Below, piece by piece: positions 34,419 to 45,460 of a stretch of DNA of 64,000 nt. The DNA lies in NCBI GenBank assembly GCA_037445065.1, contig JBBILD010000018.1:1-64000 (forward strand), read 5' to 3'. Made by a program: the position numbers and the translations under genes. Source of the stretch: Myxococcales bacterium. Lineage in GTDB: Bacteria; Desulfobacterota; Binatia; HRBIN30. The notes below the pieces were generated by a model that did no database searches, was not told the origin of the DNA, and saw only the letters and a list, made by a program, of their open reading frames with translations. Position 1 is the stretch's first letter. Each line of letters starts with the position of its first letter.

Positions 34419-35747
34419 ATGAGCCGCCCGGTTACCATGGAAAAAATCGTCAATCTCGCCAAGCGGCGCGGTTTCGCCTTCCAGTCGAGTGAGATCTACG
34501 GCGGCCTGGCAAGCTGTTGGGACTACGGGCCCATCGGAGTGGAACTCAAGCGCAACGTCAAGGACGCTTGGTGGCGGGACATGGTGCTCAAGCGCGACGA
34601 CATCGTGGGGATTGATTGTTCGATCCTCATGCACCCGCGCGTCTGGGAAGCCTCGGGGCACGTGCAGGGCTTCACGGATCCGCTTGTGGACTGCAAGCTC
34701 TGCAAAGAGCGCTTCCGCGCTGACAAGCTGATGGACGCGCGCTGCCCGCTCAAGCCCTCGAAACACCCTGGTGAGTGCGAAGGCGAGCTCACCGAGGCGC
34801 GGCAGTTCAACCTCATGTTCAAGACCTTTATGGGTCCGGTGGAAGATACTGCCAGCACGGTCTTCTTGCGCCCAGAAACCGCACAAGGAATCTTCGTGAA
34901 CTTTCTCAACGTGCTGCATACGGCACGAGCGAAAATCCCGTTTGGGATTGCGCAAATTGGCAAGTCGTTCCGCAACGAAATCACCCCCGGTAACTTTCTT
35001 TTTCGCACGCGCGAATTCGAACAAATGGAGATGGAGTTCTTCGTACCGCCGGGCGAGGACGAGCACTGGTACGAGTACTGGCGGGAGGAGCGCTTGAACT
35101 GGTACGTGCGGTACGGCATCCGGCAGGAAAACCTGCGCCTGCGTGAACATGAAGCGGACGAGTTGGCGCATTACGCTAAAGCGTGCGTGGACGTCGAGTA
35201 CCACTTCCCCTTCGGCTGGTCGGAACTGGAAGGCATCGCCAACCGCACCGACTTCGACTTGCGCCGGCACAGCGAGTACAGCGGCAGGGATTTGACCTAT
35301 TTCGACGAGGAGACCAAGCAGCGCTACTTCCCCTATGTAATCGAGCCAGCCGCGGGGGCGGATCGTGCCACACTGGCGTTTCTAGTGGACGCGTACGACG
35401 AGGATGTGGCGGACGGTGAGCCGCGCGTGGTGCTCCGCTTCCACCCGCGGATCGCTCCGGTCAAGGCGGCCGTGTTTCCCCTCCTGCGCAAGGACGGGCA
35501 GCCGGAGAAAGCGCGGGAGATCGTGGACTTGCTCCGGCCCCACTTCCCGGTGCAGTACGACCAATCGGGCTCGATCGGCAGGCGCTACCGCCGGCAAGAT
35601 GAAATCGGTACGCCGTTCGGCATCACGGTAGATCACCAGACCTTGAAGGACCAAACCGTTACGCTGCGCGACCGGGACACGATGCAGCAGGAGCGGATTC
35701 CGATCGAGCGGCTCGTGGAAGAGTTGAAGAGGCGGATCGAACAATGA
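34419..35747 (+). CDS. glyQS: Glycine--tRNA ligase (homodimeric alpha2 type)
   Basis: [51 protein letters not shown]. Confidence 0.96.
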   Translation: MSRPVTMEKIVNLAKRRGFAFQSSEIYGGLASCWDYGPIGVELKRNVKDAWWRDMVLKRDDIVGIDCSILMHPRVWEASGHVQGFTDPLVDCKLCKERFRADKLMDARCPLKPSKHPGECEGELTEARQFNLMFKTFMGPVEDTASTVFLRPETAQGIFVNFLNVLHTARAKIPFGIAQIGKSFRNEITPGNFLFRTREFEQMEMEFFVPPGEDEHWYEYWREERLNWYVRYGIRQENLRLREHEADELAHYAKACVDVEYHFPFGWSELEGIANRTDFDLRRHSEYSGRDLTYFDEETKQRYFPYVIEPAAGADRATLAFLVDAYDEDVADGEPRVVLRFHPRIAPVKAAVFPLLRKDGQPEKAREIVDLLRPHFPVQYDQSGSIGRRYRRQDEIGTPFGITVDHQTLKDQTVTLRDRDTMQQERIPIERLVEELKRRIEQ

Positions 35748-38656
35748 GGAAACGAGGAAAAGGGTCGCGGCAAGCATCGAGCAAGCGGCAAACTCGCCAG
35801 GAAGCTCGGGAGGTGCGTCACCAGCGCGCAAAACGCGCCAAGCCCGCCACAGCAAAGCGGCAACGGGGCACGATTGCACGGCGCCGGCGCGTATTGGCAA
35901 AGCGACCGCAGTCGGCCCAGAGACACCGCTTTGTGTACTTTTTCGGGGGTGGCAGCGCTGAAGGCAGCGCTGAGATGAAAGATTTGTTGGGCGGCAAGGG
36001 CGCAAATCTAGCCGAGATGGCCAACCTCGGACTCCCAGTTCCGCCGGGATTCACCGTTACCACCGAGGTGTGCACGTACTACTACACGCACGGGCGAACC
36101 TATCCCCCAGGCCTTCGAGAAGAAGTCGAGAAAGCGTTGGCGCGTGTAGAGAAGCTCGTCGGGCGGCGCTTTGGAGACGCGGAAAACCCGCTCTTAGTGT
36201 CCGTGCGGTCCGGCGCGCGAGCTTCGATGCCGGGCATGATGGACACAGTGCTGAACCTGGGGCTCAACGACGACACCGTGCAAGGACTGATCCGCATGAC
36301 CGGCAACGAACGCTTTGCGTGGGATGCCTACCGGCGGTTCGTCGCCATGTACGGCGATGTCGTGCTCGGCCTCAAGCCGCAGTCGAAGACCGAGATCGAT
36401 CCGTTCGAAGCCATTTTGCAACGCAAGAAAGACCAACACGGCGTGCGGCTGGACACGGAACTCACCGCCAGCGATTTGCGGGAGCTGGTGTACGAGTTCA
36501 AACAAGCGATCCGCGAGCGTTTGGGAATCGATTTTCCCGAGGATCCGCAGCAGCAATTGTGGGGAGCCATCGGTGCGGTGTTCGGCTCGTGGAACAACGA
36601 GCGAGCTGTCGTGTACCGAAAGCTCAACAACATCCCGGATGACTGGGGCACTGCAGTCAATGTGCAATCCATGGTGTTTGGGAACCTGGGGGACGACTCA
36701 GGCACGGGCGTCGCATTCACGCGCGATCCGGCGACTGGAGAGAACGTCTTTTACGGCGAGTACTTGATGAATGCCCAAGGCGAGGATGTGGTCGCTGGCA
36801 TCCGTACGCCTTTGCCCATCCGCTCGCTCGAACAGGAGCAACCACACATTTACGCGCAGTTGGCCAAGATTCGGCGTGTGCTGGAGCGGCATTACCGCGA
36901 CATGATGGACATCGAGTTTACGATCGAGCGCGGCAAGCTCTACATGCTGCAGTGCCGCGTCGGCAAACGCACTGGTGTGGCGGCACTGCGCATTGCGGTG
37001 GACATGGTCCGCGAGCGACTCATCTCCTCGCGCGAGGCGGTGTTGCGGGTGGAACCAGATCAGTTGAACCAGCTTTTGCGTCCCACCTTTGTCGCCGAGG
37101 CGAAGCAACGTGCCATCGCGGAAAACCGGCTGCTGGCCCGCGGCCTCAATGCCGGTCCGGGCGCCGCCAGCGGCCGCATTTGTTTTCATGCGGACGACGC
37201 AGAGCAAGCGAAGGCCCGCGGAGAAAAAGTCATCCTGGTACGGATCGAGACCTCACCCGAAGACATCCGCGGCATGGCAGCCGCCGAGGGCATTCTCACC
37301 GCCCGCGGCGGGATGACCTCCCACGCGGCCCTGGTCGGACGGCAGATGGGCAAAGTGTGCGTGGTGGGCTGCGAGGCACTGGAGATTGACTACCAAGCCG
37401 GCGAGATGCGCGTCCGGGATACCCCGCATGTCCTGCGTGAGGGCGACGCGATCGCCATTGACGGCACCACGGGCGAGGTGTTTCGCGGCGAGATCGCTAC
37501 CGAGCCCAGTGAGATCGTGCGCGTGTTGATCGAGCGGACCCTGCCCCCCGAGCAAGCACCGCTGTACCAAAGCTTTGCCAAGCTGATGCAATGGGCGGAT
37601 CGGGAACGGCGGCTCGGTGTGTGGGCCAACGCCGATCTAGCCGAGCAATGCGAGCAGGCCTTGGCGTTTGGTGCGGAGGGAATCGGGCTGTGCCGCACCG
37701 AGCACATGTTTTTCGGCGAAGGGAAAATCGGGCCGATGCGGCAGATGATCCTGGCCGACACGGCAGAGGAACGCCGTGCGGCTCTGGCAAAGCTTCTCCC
37801 CCTGCAACGCGCGGACTTCGAAGCCATCTTTCGGGTCATGCACGGCCGTCCCGTGACCATTCGCACCCTGGATCCACCGTTGCATGAGTTTTTGCCGCAC
37901 GACGAGGCCGGGCAGGAAGAGCTGGCACGCGAACTCGGGTTACCGGTGGCGGCGGTGCGGGCACGGGTCGAGGCACTGCACGAGTTCAACCCGATGCTGG
38001 GCTTTCGCGGCTGCCGGCTCGGAATCGCTTATCCGGAGATCACCGAGATGCAGGCCCGCGCGATTTTCGAGGCGGCCGCCAATGTGCAAGCGGATGGCAC
38101 GCCCGTACAGGTTGAAGTAATGATTCCCTTGGTGGGCCACCGCCGGGAGCTGGAACTACAAGCCGGCGTGGTGCGACGGGTTGCGGAGGAGGTCATGGAA
38201 GAGCGGCAAGTGCGCCTGCGTTATCGGATCGGGACCATGATCGAGGTGCCACGCGGGGCGGTCACGGCCGACGAGATCGCACAGGTGGCGGCGTTTTTCT
38301 CCTTTGGCACCAATGACCTCACCCAGACCACACTGGGAATGTCGCGAGACGACGCGGGCCGATTCTTGGCGCGCTACGTGGCGGAGTTCGAGATTTATCC
38401 CCGAGATCCGTTCGAGTCCTTGGACATTGGCGGTGTCGGCACCCTGATGCGGATTGCGGTCGAGAAAGGGCGCAGCGCGAATCCGGGTCTAAAAATTGGC
38501 ATTTGCGGCGAGCATGGGGGCGATCCGGCATCCGTGCGGTTTTGCCACGATCTCGGGCTGGATTACGTCTCTTGCTCCCCGTTCCGAGTACCGATTGCTC
38601 GCCTAGCCGCTGCGCATGCAGCGTTGCGCAGCGGCACTGTGGCAAGCGAAGCCTGA
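35744..38656 (+). CDS. ppdK: Pyruvate, phosphate dikinase
   Basis: [27 protein letters not shown] phospho-His, [19 protein letters not shown]. Confidence 0.97.
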   Translation: MRKRGKGSRQASSKRQTRQEAREVRHQRAKRAKPATAKRQRGTIARRRRVLAKRPQSAQRHRFVYFFGGGSAEGSAEMKDLLGGKGANLAEMANLGLPVPPGFTVTTEVCTYYYTHGRTYPPGLREEVEKALARVEKLVGRRFGDAENPLLVSVRSGARASMPGMMDTVLNLGLNDDTVQGLIRMTGNERFAWDAYRRFVAMYGDVVLGLKPQSKTEIDPFEAILQRKKDQHGVRLDTELTASDLRELVYEFKQAIRERLGIDFPEDPQQQLWGAIGAVFGSWNNERAVVYRKLNNIPDDWGTAVNVQSMVFGNLGDDSGTGVAFTRDPATGENVFYGEYLMNAQGEDVVAGIRTPLPIRSLEQEQPHIYAQLAKIRRVLERHYRDMMDIEFTIERGKLYMLQCRVGKRTGVAALRIAVDMVRERLISSREAVLRVEPDQLNQLLRPTFVAEAKQRAIAENRLLARGLNAGPGAASGRICFHADDAEQAKARGEKVILVRIETSPEDIRGMAAAEGILTARGGMTSHAALVGRQMGKVCVVGCEALEIDYQAGEMRVRDTPHVLREGDAIAIDGTTGEVFRGEIATEPSEIVRVLIERTLPPEQAPLYQSFAKLMQWADRERRLGVWANADLAEQCEQALAFGAEGIGLCRTEHMFFGEGKIGPMRQMILADTAEERRAALAKLLPLQRADFEAIFRVMHGRPVTIRTLDPPLHEFLPHDEAGQEELARELGLPVAAVRARVEALHEFNPMLGFRGCRLGIAYPEITEMQARAIFEAAANVQADGTPVQVEVMIPLVGHRRELELQAGVVRRVAEEVMEERQVRLRYRIGTMIEVPRGAVTADEIAQVAAFFSFGTNDLTQTTLGMSRDDAGRFLARYVAEFEIYPRDPFESLDIGGVGTLMRIAVEKGRSANPGLKIGICGEHGGDPASVRFCHDLGLDYVSCSPFRVPIARLAAAHAALRSGTVASEA

Positions 38657-38739
38657 CGTCGGAGCAGGAAACGGGTGTGGCTCCCTCGTGGACATCGCGC
38701 CAAGCGGCCACCCGGGCGCAAAACTTACTTGTGCATTGG

Positions 38740-39630
38740 GTGAGCGGGGGTACAAGGGTCGTAGGGATTTTCGGCGATCCGGTCGAACACTCTCTCTCGC
38801 CCGTGATGCACAACGCTGCCTTTGCGGCCTTGGGCCTGAACTGGGTGTACGTCCCCTTCCACGTGCGCCCTGACCAGCTCCGCTACGCCGCCCGGGCCAT
38901 CCGTGCGCTTGCGCTGGCTGGGGTGAATATCACGGTGCCGCACAAAGAGGCGATCGTCCGTTTCCTCGACAGCTGCTCGCCCTGTGCGGAGCGGGCAGGA
39001 GCGGTGAACACCGTCGTTCTGAAAGGAAATAAGCTGCATGGAGACAACACAGACGTGGCCGGGCTCCTCGGGGCCATCCGCGACGCCCGGGTGCGCTTGC
39101 GCGGACGGCGTGCGGTGCTGGTCGGTGCAGGGGGAGCGGCGCGCGCAGCGCTGGTGGCCTTCGAGCAAGCCGGCGTTCGCGAAGTGGTGCTGGTTAACCG
39201 CACGCGCTCTCGTGCCCTTGCGCTGGCGCGGCGTTTTCGCTCCGGGCCGTGCCAGCTCACGGTCGAGAGCCCCACGGCCCTGCAGTCTCCGCAGGTGCTA
39301 CGCGAAGCCGCGGTGGTTGTGAACAGCACTTCGCTCGGACTCAAGGGCGAGGCGTTTTTCCCCATGCGCCCCGAACTCGCACCGGAAGGCTGCTTGTTCC
39401 TCGACCTCGTCTACGGCCGCGAGACGGATTTTCAGCGCCAGGCTCGCCGCGCCGGGCGCATGGCAAGCGACGGGCTATCCATGTTACTCCACCAAGGAGC
39501 ACGAGCCTTCGAGCTGTGGACCCATCGGCACGCACCGCTTGCGGCGATGCGGGAAGCACTGCTTCGCGGCACCGCGCAGTGCCCAGACCAAGCCGACGTG
39601 CCAAGTGCGGCTGCGCCTTTCCCCCGCTGA
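38740..39630 (+). CDS. aroE: Shikimate dehydrogenase
   Basis: GDPVEHSLSPVMHN, NITVPHK, GAVNT, GDNTD, GAGGAARA. Start uncertain. Confidence 0.93.
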   Translation: MSGGTRVVGIFGDPVEHSLSPVMHNAAFAALGLNWVYVPFHVRPDQLRYAARAIRALALAGVNITVPHKEAIVRFLDSCSPCAERAGAVNTVVLKGNKLHGDNTDVAGLLGAIRDARVRLRGRRAVLVGAGGAARAALVAFEQAGVREVVLVNRTRSRALALARRFRSGPCQLTVESPTALQSPQVLREAAVVVNSTSLGLKGEAFFPMRPELAPEGCLFLDLVYGRETDFQRQARRAGRMASDGLSMLLHQGARAFELWTHRHAPLAAMREALLRGTAQCPDQADVPSAAAPFPR

Positions 39631-40064
39631 CGGCTCAAGCCATCGCAACAAAGAAGTGACAACGACCACCTCTTACAGGCGCAGCCGCTGACCGACCTCC
39701 CTTTGCGCAGGGTCACTCATCCTTCGCCAGCACCAGCTCTCCGTGGGGAGACAGCAGGCGCATACGCGACTGGGTCGGGGGCCGTTTGCTCCCGTCCTTC
39801 GCCCTTCCCACCCACCCGCTCGAGCTGCCGCTACCAACAAACTCGCCATGCGAAGAAGCCTCCCGAATCACCCGCCGGCTGACGCCAGCCCAAGCCAGGC
39901 CTCTGGCATCGGGCCACGGAAAACCCAGTGTGCACGATGGCGTGCCCCTCCGAGCGGCCCTGTGCCCGCCACCTTATCTTAATCTTAAGATCTTTAGGCT
40001 AGGTAACGAGACCGGCCTGCGGAGCCGGATTCACGGGAACAGAGCAAAGGCAGGCTTCTACCCC

Positions 40065-40093
40065 TTGCAATTGGTTGGACCACCGGATAACCA
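40065..40093 (+). promoter_or_regulatory. sigma70 promoter containing a FadR-subfamily (PdhR/LldR-type) operator
   Basis: TTGCAA-N17-TAACCA. AATTGGT-TGG-ACCA (TGGT-N3-ACCA) at 40069-40082 overlaps the end of the -35 box and the spacer. Confidence 0.7.
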
Positions 40094-40105
40094 GGGGAAC
40101 CACTG

Positions 40106-40891
40106 ATGCTTGCCCAGGCCAAAGAAGTCCGGCTATTTCGGCCCGCAATCCGGCGCCGGCTCCACGAAGAAGTGGCGGAGCAAATCCGCGACGCAATCCT
40201 GGACGGGCACTTCCGTCCCGGCGACAAGCTCCCTCCCGAACGGGAACTTGCCGCGCACTTTGGGGTGAATCGTACCTCGGTGCGCGAGGCGATCAAGGTG
40301 CTCGAGGGGCTCGGACTGGTCAGCGCCCGTCAGGGTGACGGGGTGATTGTGCAACCCGTTATCAACGCCTCGTTCGAGCTGCTGGCGCCCATGATCTTTC
40401 ATCGCGGACGCGTGGACGTTGGTTTGCTCGGTGAGCTGCAAGACGTTGTCGCGGTCCTCTTGTACGGGATTGCACGCGCAGCCGTGGCACGGATCGAGCC
40501 ACAGCACGTCGACGAAATTCGCAAGTTTCGGGAGCGCATCGCCGATGTGAACTTGGCTCGCGAGGAGCGCTTCGCCGCCGGACGCGATCTTCTCGTGTTT
40601 GTCGCCGACCTCACCGGCAACCGTGTCTGGCAGATGGTGGCGCGGCGTTTCCGGGAGTTCTTCGCCTCGCCGCTCCTGCAAGCAGCGCGCGAACAACTGA
40701 ATCGCGATCCGGCCATCTTGATCCCGATGATTGATGGCTGCCTCGAAGCGCTCGAAGCAAAGCGGCCTGAAGAAGCTGTGCGCCGCCTGCGCAACGCGTT
40801 CCAGTTTTTAGGGGAGCACGGGACAACTGCGGAGGAAACAACCCCTCACGAGAGAACTCAGACAGGAGAGGTTGATGGAGAAGACGTTTGA
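40106..40891 (+). CDS. GntR/FadR-family transcriptional regulator
   Basis: PGDKLPPERELAAHFGVNRTSVREAIKVL wHTH plus FCD-like C-terminal domain. Confidence 0.92.
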   Translation: MLAQAKEVRLFRPAIRRRLHEEVAEQIRDAILDGHFRPGDKLPPERELAAHFGVNRTSVREAIKVLEGLGLVSARQGDGVIVQPVINASFELLAPMIFHRGRVDVGLLGELQDVVAVLLYGIARAAVARIEPQHVDEIRKFRERIADVNLAREERFAAGRDLLVFVADLTGNRVWQMVARRFREFFASPLLQAAREQLNRDPAILIPMIDGCLEALEAKRPEEAVRRLRNAFQFLGEHGTTAEETTPHERTQTGEVDGEDV

Positions 40892-41978
40892 ACTACATAC
40901 CCCAACCCAAGAGCCGCCTCTGCAGACGGCAATGAAAGTCATCTACCAGTGGAACTACGACCCCACGGTAGAAGAACTGCGCAACCTGTATCACAAGGCA
41001 ACCGAGGCTCAGTGGATTGCTGAAAGAGAAATTGACTGGGACCGCCCGATTGACCTCGAGCGGTTTGCCACCACCCCCATGGGCACCGCCGTGGCCATCG
41101 ACAAGTGCTCTTACTGGCGCTCACTTCCCCAGGAAACACAGTGGGAACTGCAGCGGCGGCTGGCCAGCTTCCGGCTGAGCAACTTCTTGCACGGCGAGCA
41201 GGGTGCCTTGATGGTAGCGGCCCAACTGGTCAACGCCGTGCCACATACCGACGCCAAGTTTTACGCGGCGACGCAGACCATGGACGAAGCCCGGCATGTG
41301 GAGGTGTTTGCCAAGTACATCCAGAAACTCGACGAGATTCGACCCATCGCTCCGGCTTTGAAGAACATTTTGGACAGCACTCTGGAGACCGATGACTGGA
41401 TGAAAAAGCTCGTAGGGATGCAGATCGTGGTCGAGGGTCTGGCTCTCTACAGCTTCCGCGAAATGCGCAATCTCACTGAGGAGCCGTTGCTCAAAGACCT
41501 GCTGACTTATGTAGCCCGCGATGAATCGCGGCATCACGCGTACGGAGTGCAATACATCTCTCGTTGTGTTCCTTGTCTCAACCAGGCACAGCGGGAAGAA
41601 CTGGAGGACTTTGCGCTGGAGGCCGCACGCACCCTCATCGACCGCCGCAACCAGCAAACGTTTTTCAGCTCGCTGCTTGCGATCTGGTCAGAGGTGGGCA
41701 TTGACATCGCGGCTTTGTTGGAAAGTGTGCAGAAGGAGCGGGACGAAATCACCAGCCACGTCGAGCCGGGCAAGCGCCTCGGTCCGGTACAAGGGTTCGT
41801 GATTCCGACTTTGCGCAGGTGCGGCTTGCTGAGCGAGCGCGTCGCGAAGCACTTCCACGGGTTTTTGCGCGAAAACTTCAGTTCCCGCATCGTGGGCGAG
41901 GACATCGAAGAGTTTCTGCGCCTAATCCCCGACTTGCCCGAGGACACCGCCGCCTGGGTGTTAGGCCAGATCCATTGA
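40875..41978 (+). CDS. Ferritin-like non-heme diiron protein (AurF/aldehyde-decarbonylase-like fold)
   Basis: Carboxylate/His ligand set FLHGEQGAL, DEARH, VVEGLA, DESRH. Confidence 0.85.
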   Translation: MEKTFELHTPTQEPPLQTAMKVIYQWNYDPTVEELRNLYHKATEAQWIAEREIDWDRPIDLERFATTPMGTAVAIDKCSYWRSLPQETQWELQRRLASFRLSNFLHGEQGALMVAAQLVNAVPHTDAKFYAATQTMDEARHVEVFAKYIQKLDEIRPIAPALKNILDSTLETDDWMKKLVGMQIVVEGLALYSFREMRNLTEEPLLKDLLTYVARDESRHHAYGVQYISRCVPCLNQAQREELEDFALEAARTLIDRRNQQTFFSSLLAIWSEVGIDIAALLESVQKERDEITSHVEPGKRLGPVQGFVIPTLRRCGLLSERVAKHFHGFLRENFSSRIVGEDIEEFLRLIPDLPEDTAAWVLGQIH

Positions 41979-41979
41979 G

Positions 41980-42043
41980 ACGCGCGCTGCGCGCGTGAGG
42001 CGGGCCTGGTGACTCCCTGACTTCGGAAGCCAACAGGCCCGCC
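41980..42043. terminator. Double GC-rich hairpin between convergent genes
   Basis: acgcgcgc-t-gcgcgcgt and ggcgggcctg...caggcccgcc stems; no U-tract. Confidence 0.4.
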
Positions 42044-42056
42044 CCGAGCCAGGCCT

Positions 42057-42833
42057 TCACTGGGCGCGTGCGAACACCAGAAAGTACTGGTAGGGCAAGA
42101 ACGTTGGCTCCTCCATCAAGCGGAAACCGGCGGCGGTCACCTCTTCCAGCACCACCTCGCGCGCCAGCTTGTGGTCCGGTGGAGGGCCCACGGGAAGTTC
42201 TCCGGCGTGGTAGTCGACGATGACCAGCCGGCCGTTCTCCTTCAAGCCGTCGCGCAAGCGTGCCAGGTAGCGAGGGCGATCTGGGAAGTGGTGGTAGGTG
42301 TTCACGATCAGCACGACATCGAACCGCCCCGGGGGTAAGCGAGGATCGTCAGGCGGCGCGAGCACCGGCACCACGTTGCGCAACTGCTCCTCCTTGAGGT
42401 GGTGGTTCAGACGGTCCAACTGACGCGGCTCCACGTCAACGGCGAACACCAATCCATTTGGAACGGCCCGAGCCAGGCGCCGGGCGAAATAACCCGGGCC
42501 GCAGCCGACGTCCGCCACCCAGGCGTCTGCTTCCAGACCTAACGCCGCAACCACCTCGGTTGGTTTCTGCCACGAGTCGCGCTCAGGCGATTCCAAGTGC
42601 GCGATATACGCCTCGACGTCTCGAGGACCATGCGGGTCGCGGTTTGGGGTGCCGTCGTGAGCGTGTCTGTGCGGCAGGCTCTCTGCGGCCCGGTGGCAAG
42701 GCGCGCAGCCTGCGCCGTACGCCACCAGCGTTAGGAACAACGCTCCAGCGAGAGGCCAACGTCGCCGCCGGCCTCGCGCCGGGACGATCCTCAGCCCTCG
42801 CCTACCCGGCGCCTGTTGGGTCACGGTCGTCAC
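42057..42833 (-). CDS. Class I SAM-dependent methyltransferase, probably exported
   Basis: RDSWQKP..V, ADVGCGPGYF, NTYHH, IVDY, PVGPP, LPYQYFLVF; GTGA overlap with the upstream gene. Confidence 0.85.
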   Translation of the reverse strand: MTTVTQQAPGRRGLRIVPARGRRRRWPLAGALFLTLVAYGAGCAPCHRAAESLPHRHAHDGTPNRDPHGPRDVEAYIAHLESPERDSWQKPTEVVAALGLEADAWVADVGCGPGYFARRLARAVPNGLVFAVDVEPRQLDRLNHHLKEEQLRNVVPVLAPPDDPRLPPGRFDVVLIVNTYHHFPDRPRYLARLRDGLKENGRLVIVDYHAGELPVGPPPDHKLAREVVLEEVTAAGFRLMEEPTFLPYQYFLVFARAQ

Positions 42834-43555
42834 GGCGCTGCGGCGTCGTCGCGCGCCGATCGGATCGCTCCGGTGTACCGATCGAGCAGCGCTCTGGCCT
42901 CGTTGCACTGCCGCAGCTTTCCATCACGCTCGGCGATCGCAATGGCTCGTTCCAGCAGTTCTACACTGCGCTGCCTCTTGCCCTGCTCGAAGTAAAGCTG
43001 TGCGAGCTCCACGCGAGCCCCGACCGCATGTTCCGGTTCCACCTCGATGGCCCGTCGCAAGTAATACTCAGCTTTGCTGGCGTCCCCCCCCAGCAACCGC
43101 GGGAGTTGACGGTACAAGCCGCCTTTGGCGGCTAGCGCATCGGGATGGTTCGGGTTGAGTTCCAGAGCTCGATTCAGGTCCCGGTTGATGCGGAGCAAGT
43201 TGAGCGGATTCGGCGACGCTCCATCCAAGAGCAGCAAGCGACCCTTGTTGGCAAAGCGGGCAAAGTGCGCGTCTGCATTTGCTTCGTCGAGCGCCAGCGC
43301 TTGTTCGGCGAGCTGCAAACCCTCTTCGTAGGCTTGCCGTTTGGCGGTGGGATCGGACAAGTCCTCTGCCTTTTTCAACAGCTCGATCGAACGCGCAGCC
43401 AATCGCGCGGCCTGTTCTTTCCCCCCCAAGTCACTCCCAGAGCTGGTTGCCGCGTACAGGGGCTCCCCCCGTACTGGCAGCGACCCACCAGCGAGCACAA
43501 GACAACACACGGTCACGCAACCGACCCAGAATCCGAAACCTCGCCGAAACCGCAT
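42830..43555 (-). CDS. Secreted TPR-repeat protein
   Basis: Signal peptide; A..AL.LD..NADAH and RALELNPNHPDAL TPR patterns. Confidence 0.8.
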   Translation of the reverse strand: MRFRRGFGFWVGCVTVCCLVLAGGSLPVRGEPLYAATSSGSDLGGKEQAARLAARSIELLKKAEDLSDPTAKRQAYEEGLQLAEQALALDEANADAHFARFANKGRLLLLDGASPNPLNLLRINRDLNRALELNPNHPDALAAKGGLYRQLPRLLGGDASKAEYYLRRAIEVEPEHAVGARVELAQLYFEQGKRQRSVELLERAIAIAERDGKLRQCNEARALLDRYTGAIRSARDDAAAP

Positions 43556-43667
43556 GGCTGGAACCCGAGCCTCTCTAGCATCCGTGCAGGGAGCGGGAAA
43601 AGAGAAGCCATTCGTGTAAACACACGCTGCCACCGGCCGGCCCGCGGCCGACCCGGGGCGCCCACCA

Positions 43668-44303
43668 TCAGCATTCCCGCTGGCTTCGCGACGCGCCTGC
43701 TTCCTTTTGGCCCTTCAACCCGCGCGCGATCACGTACATTTCGGAGGAGCCCTTCCGAGTCGCCTCGGGTCGGGTCGTGTCCACATGTGCGAAACGAGCA
43801 CGCACGCTGCCCACCAGCTCTGGCCAATCCGGGCTCATGAACACCTTCAGGACGAACGTGCCACCGGGCCTGAGCCAGCTTTCCGCTAGCTGGATCGCGC
43901 GCACAGCGAGTTGCTGGGCTTTCGCCCAATCTCGCTCCCGCACGCCGGAGAGCTTGGGAGCAACGTCGCAAAGGACGACGTCAGCCGGGCCACCCAGCAC
44001 CTCCGACACCCGAGTTTGGATTTCGTCGCTTTGGATATCCCCCTGAACAGTCTTCACCTGGGGTAGTTTTGGAAACGGCGGAATCGGTTCTGTGTCCACA
44101 CCTACCACCTTGCCCTCGGGCCCGACGTAGCGCGCACTCACTTCCAGCCAGCCTCCCGGCCACGCTCCGAGATCCACAACTCGGTCCCCGCGCCGCAGAA
44201 TTTTGTACTGCCGTTGGATTTCTTCCAACTTGAACGCGGCGCGCGAGCGCAGCCCGCGCTCTTTGGCCTCCAGGTAGTATGCGTCCTTGCGGCGATACGC
44301 CAT
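43668..44303 (-). CDS. rlmE: 23S rRNA Um2552 methyltransferase
   Basis: DAYY..AK..GLRSRAAFKLEEI, DLGAWPGGW, VLKVF, RPEATRKGSSEMY. Confidence 0.95.
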   Translation of the reverse strand: MAYRRKDAYYLEAKERGLRSRAAFKLEEIQRQYKILRRGDRVVDLGAWPGGWLEVSARYVGPEGKVVGVDTEPIPPFPKLPQVKTVQGDIQSDEIQTRVSEVLGGPADVVLCDVAPKLSGVRERDWAKAQQLAVRAIQLAESWLRPGGTFVLKVFMSPDWPELVGSVRARFAHVDTTRPEATRKGSSEMYVIARGLKGQKEAGASRSQREC

Positions 44304-44337
44304 CGATGTACCGGGCCAGTTGGCCGAAGACAGCCAA

Positions 44338-44586
44338 CTAATAGACCCGATTTTCGCCATGCGGCCGGTGGCCGAAGACTTTCTCCAGGCCAGGTTGGGA
44401 CACAACCCAGTGCAGCGGGCGGAGGAGAATCCACTCGAGCGCAAAGCCGACTGGGTGGACAAGATACGCGGCCACGCGCAAGGGATGCCCCTGCGTTTCG
44501 TCGTACTCGTCCGCACGTGCCTGCGATGCAGGCGCCTGTGCGAGCAACACGCCGGCGAGCACGGCACCAACGAACCAACGCTTCAT
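44338..44586 (-). CDS. Small exported/membrane hypothetical protein
   Basis: GAAGGAGG SD; signal peptide, then DEYDETQGHPLRVAAYLVHPVG. Confidence 0.7.
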   Translation of the reverse strand: MKRWFVGAVLAGVLLAQAPASQARADEYDETQGHPLRVAAYLVHPVGFALEWILLRPLHWVVSQPGLEKVFGHRPHGENRVY

Positions 44587-44617
44587 GGCGAACCTCCTTC
44601 GCATGTAGGCCTGCAGC

Positions 44618-45460
44618 TTACCTCGTCAAACTGCCAGCGCCAAGCAGCGCTGCTTCTTGCGGCAGCCGGGCAATCCAACTCAACTGCCGGCCTGTGCGCC
44701 CCCCAGAGCGCCGGTGCGAGAAGAAGTCCCCAGCGCGGCACGCGGTGCAGAGGTCCGACAGGACGATTCGCTCTGGCGCCACGCCACAACGCAGCAAAAG
44801 CTCCCGATTCATGGCGCGCAAGTCGAGGCGGAATACGCCGGTCTCGTCGGGGCCAGCGCAGAATTGCTCGAGGCGAACGGCTCGCACCAACTCCATCACC
44901 TCCGCGCCTACGCTGTAGCAGCACGGCCCGATCGAAGGGCCAATCGCCGCATGCATCTCGGCCGGCGCCACAGAAAATCGGCGGGCTAACTCGCGGACCG
45001 CGTTGCCACTGGCGTCGGCTACGGTGCCCCGCCATCCAGCATGCACGGCTGCCACAGCTCGCCCGTCCCCAGCAGCGAGCAAGACGGGCACACAGTCCGC
45101 TGTGAGTACACAGAGGGCGACGCCGGGCAAGTCCGTGATCATGGCGTCGCAGGGACCAAGGCGCTCCGCGCTGAGCTCATGCACCGTCTCGACCTTGGCG
45201 CCGTGCACCTGTCGCATTGTGACCCAGCGCCGCACCTGCGGGAAGGCGCTGCGTACGGTCCGCCAATTCGCCTCCACTGAACCTGGGTCATCTCCCACTT
45301 CGAACGAGAGGTTGAGCGATGCAAACGGCCCCGAACTCGTTCCACCGCGGCGCCCGAGGAATGAGAAGACCGCCCCGGATCCCTCGCCTTCCCGAGAAAG
45401 CAGAAACGGCTCGCACGAAAGTTGCCCAGGCTGTTCGATCAAACCCGCTCGGAGCAACAC
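44618..45460 (-). CDS. pgeF: YfiH/PgeF family (peptidoglycan editing factor / purine nucleoside phosphorylase)
   Basis: QVHG, TADCVPV, HAGWRG, GPSIGPCCY, CTAC..FFSHRR. Confidence 0.93.
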   Translation of the reverse strand: MLLRAGLIEQPGQLSCEPFLLSREGEGSGAVFSFLGRRGGTSSGPFASLNLSFEVGDDPGSVEANWRTVRSAFPQVRRWVTMRQVHGAKVETVHELSAERLGPCDAMITDLPGVALCVLTADCVPVLLAAGDGRAVAAVHAGWRGTVADASGNAVRELARRFSVAPAEMHAAIGPSIGPCCYSVGAEVMELVRAVRLEQFCAGPDETGVFRLDLRAMNRELLLRCGVAPERIVLSDLCTACRAGDFFSHRRSGGRTGRQLSWIARLPQEAALLGAGSLTR

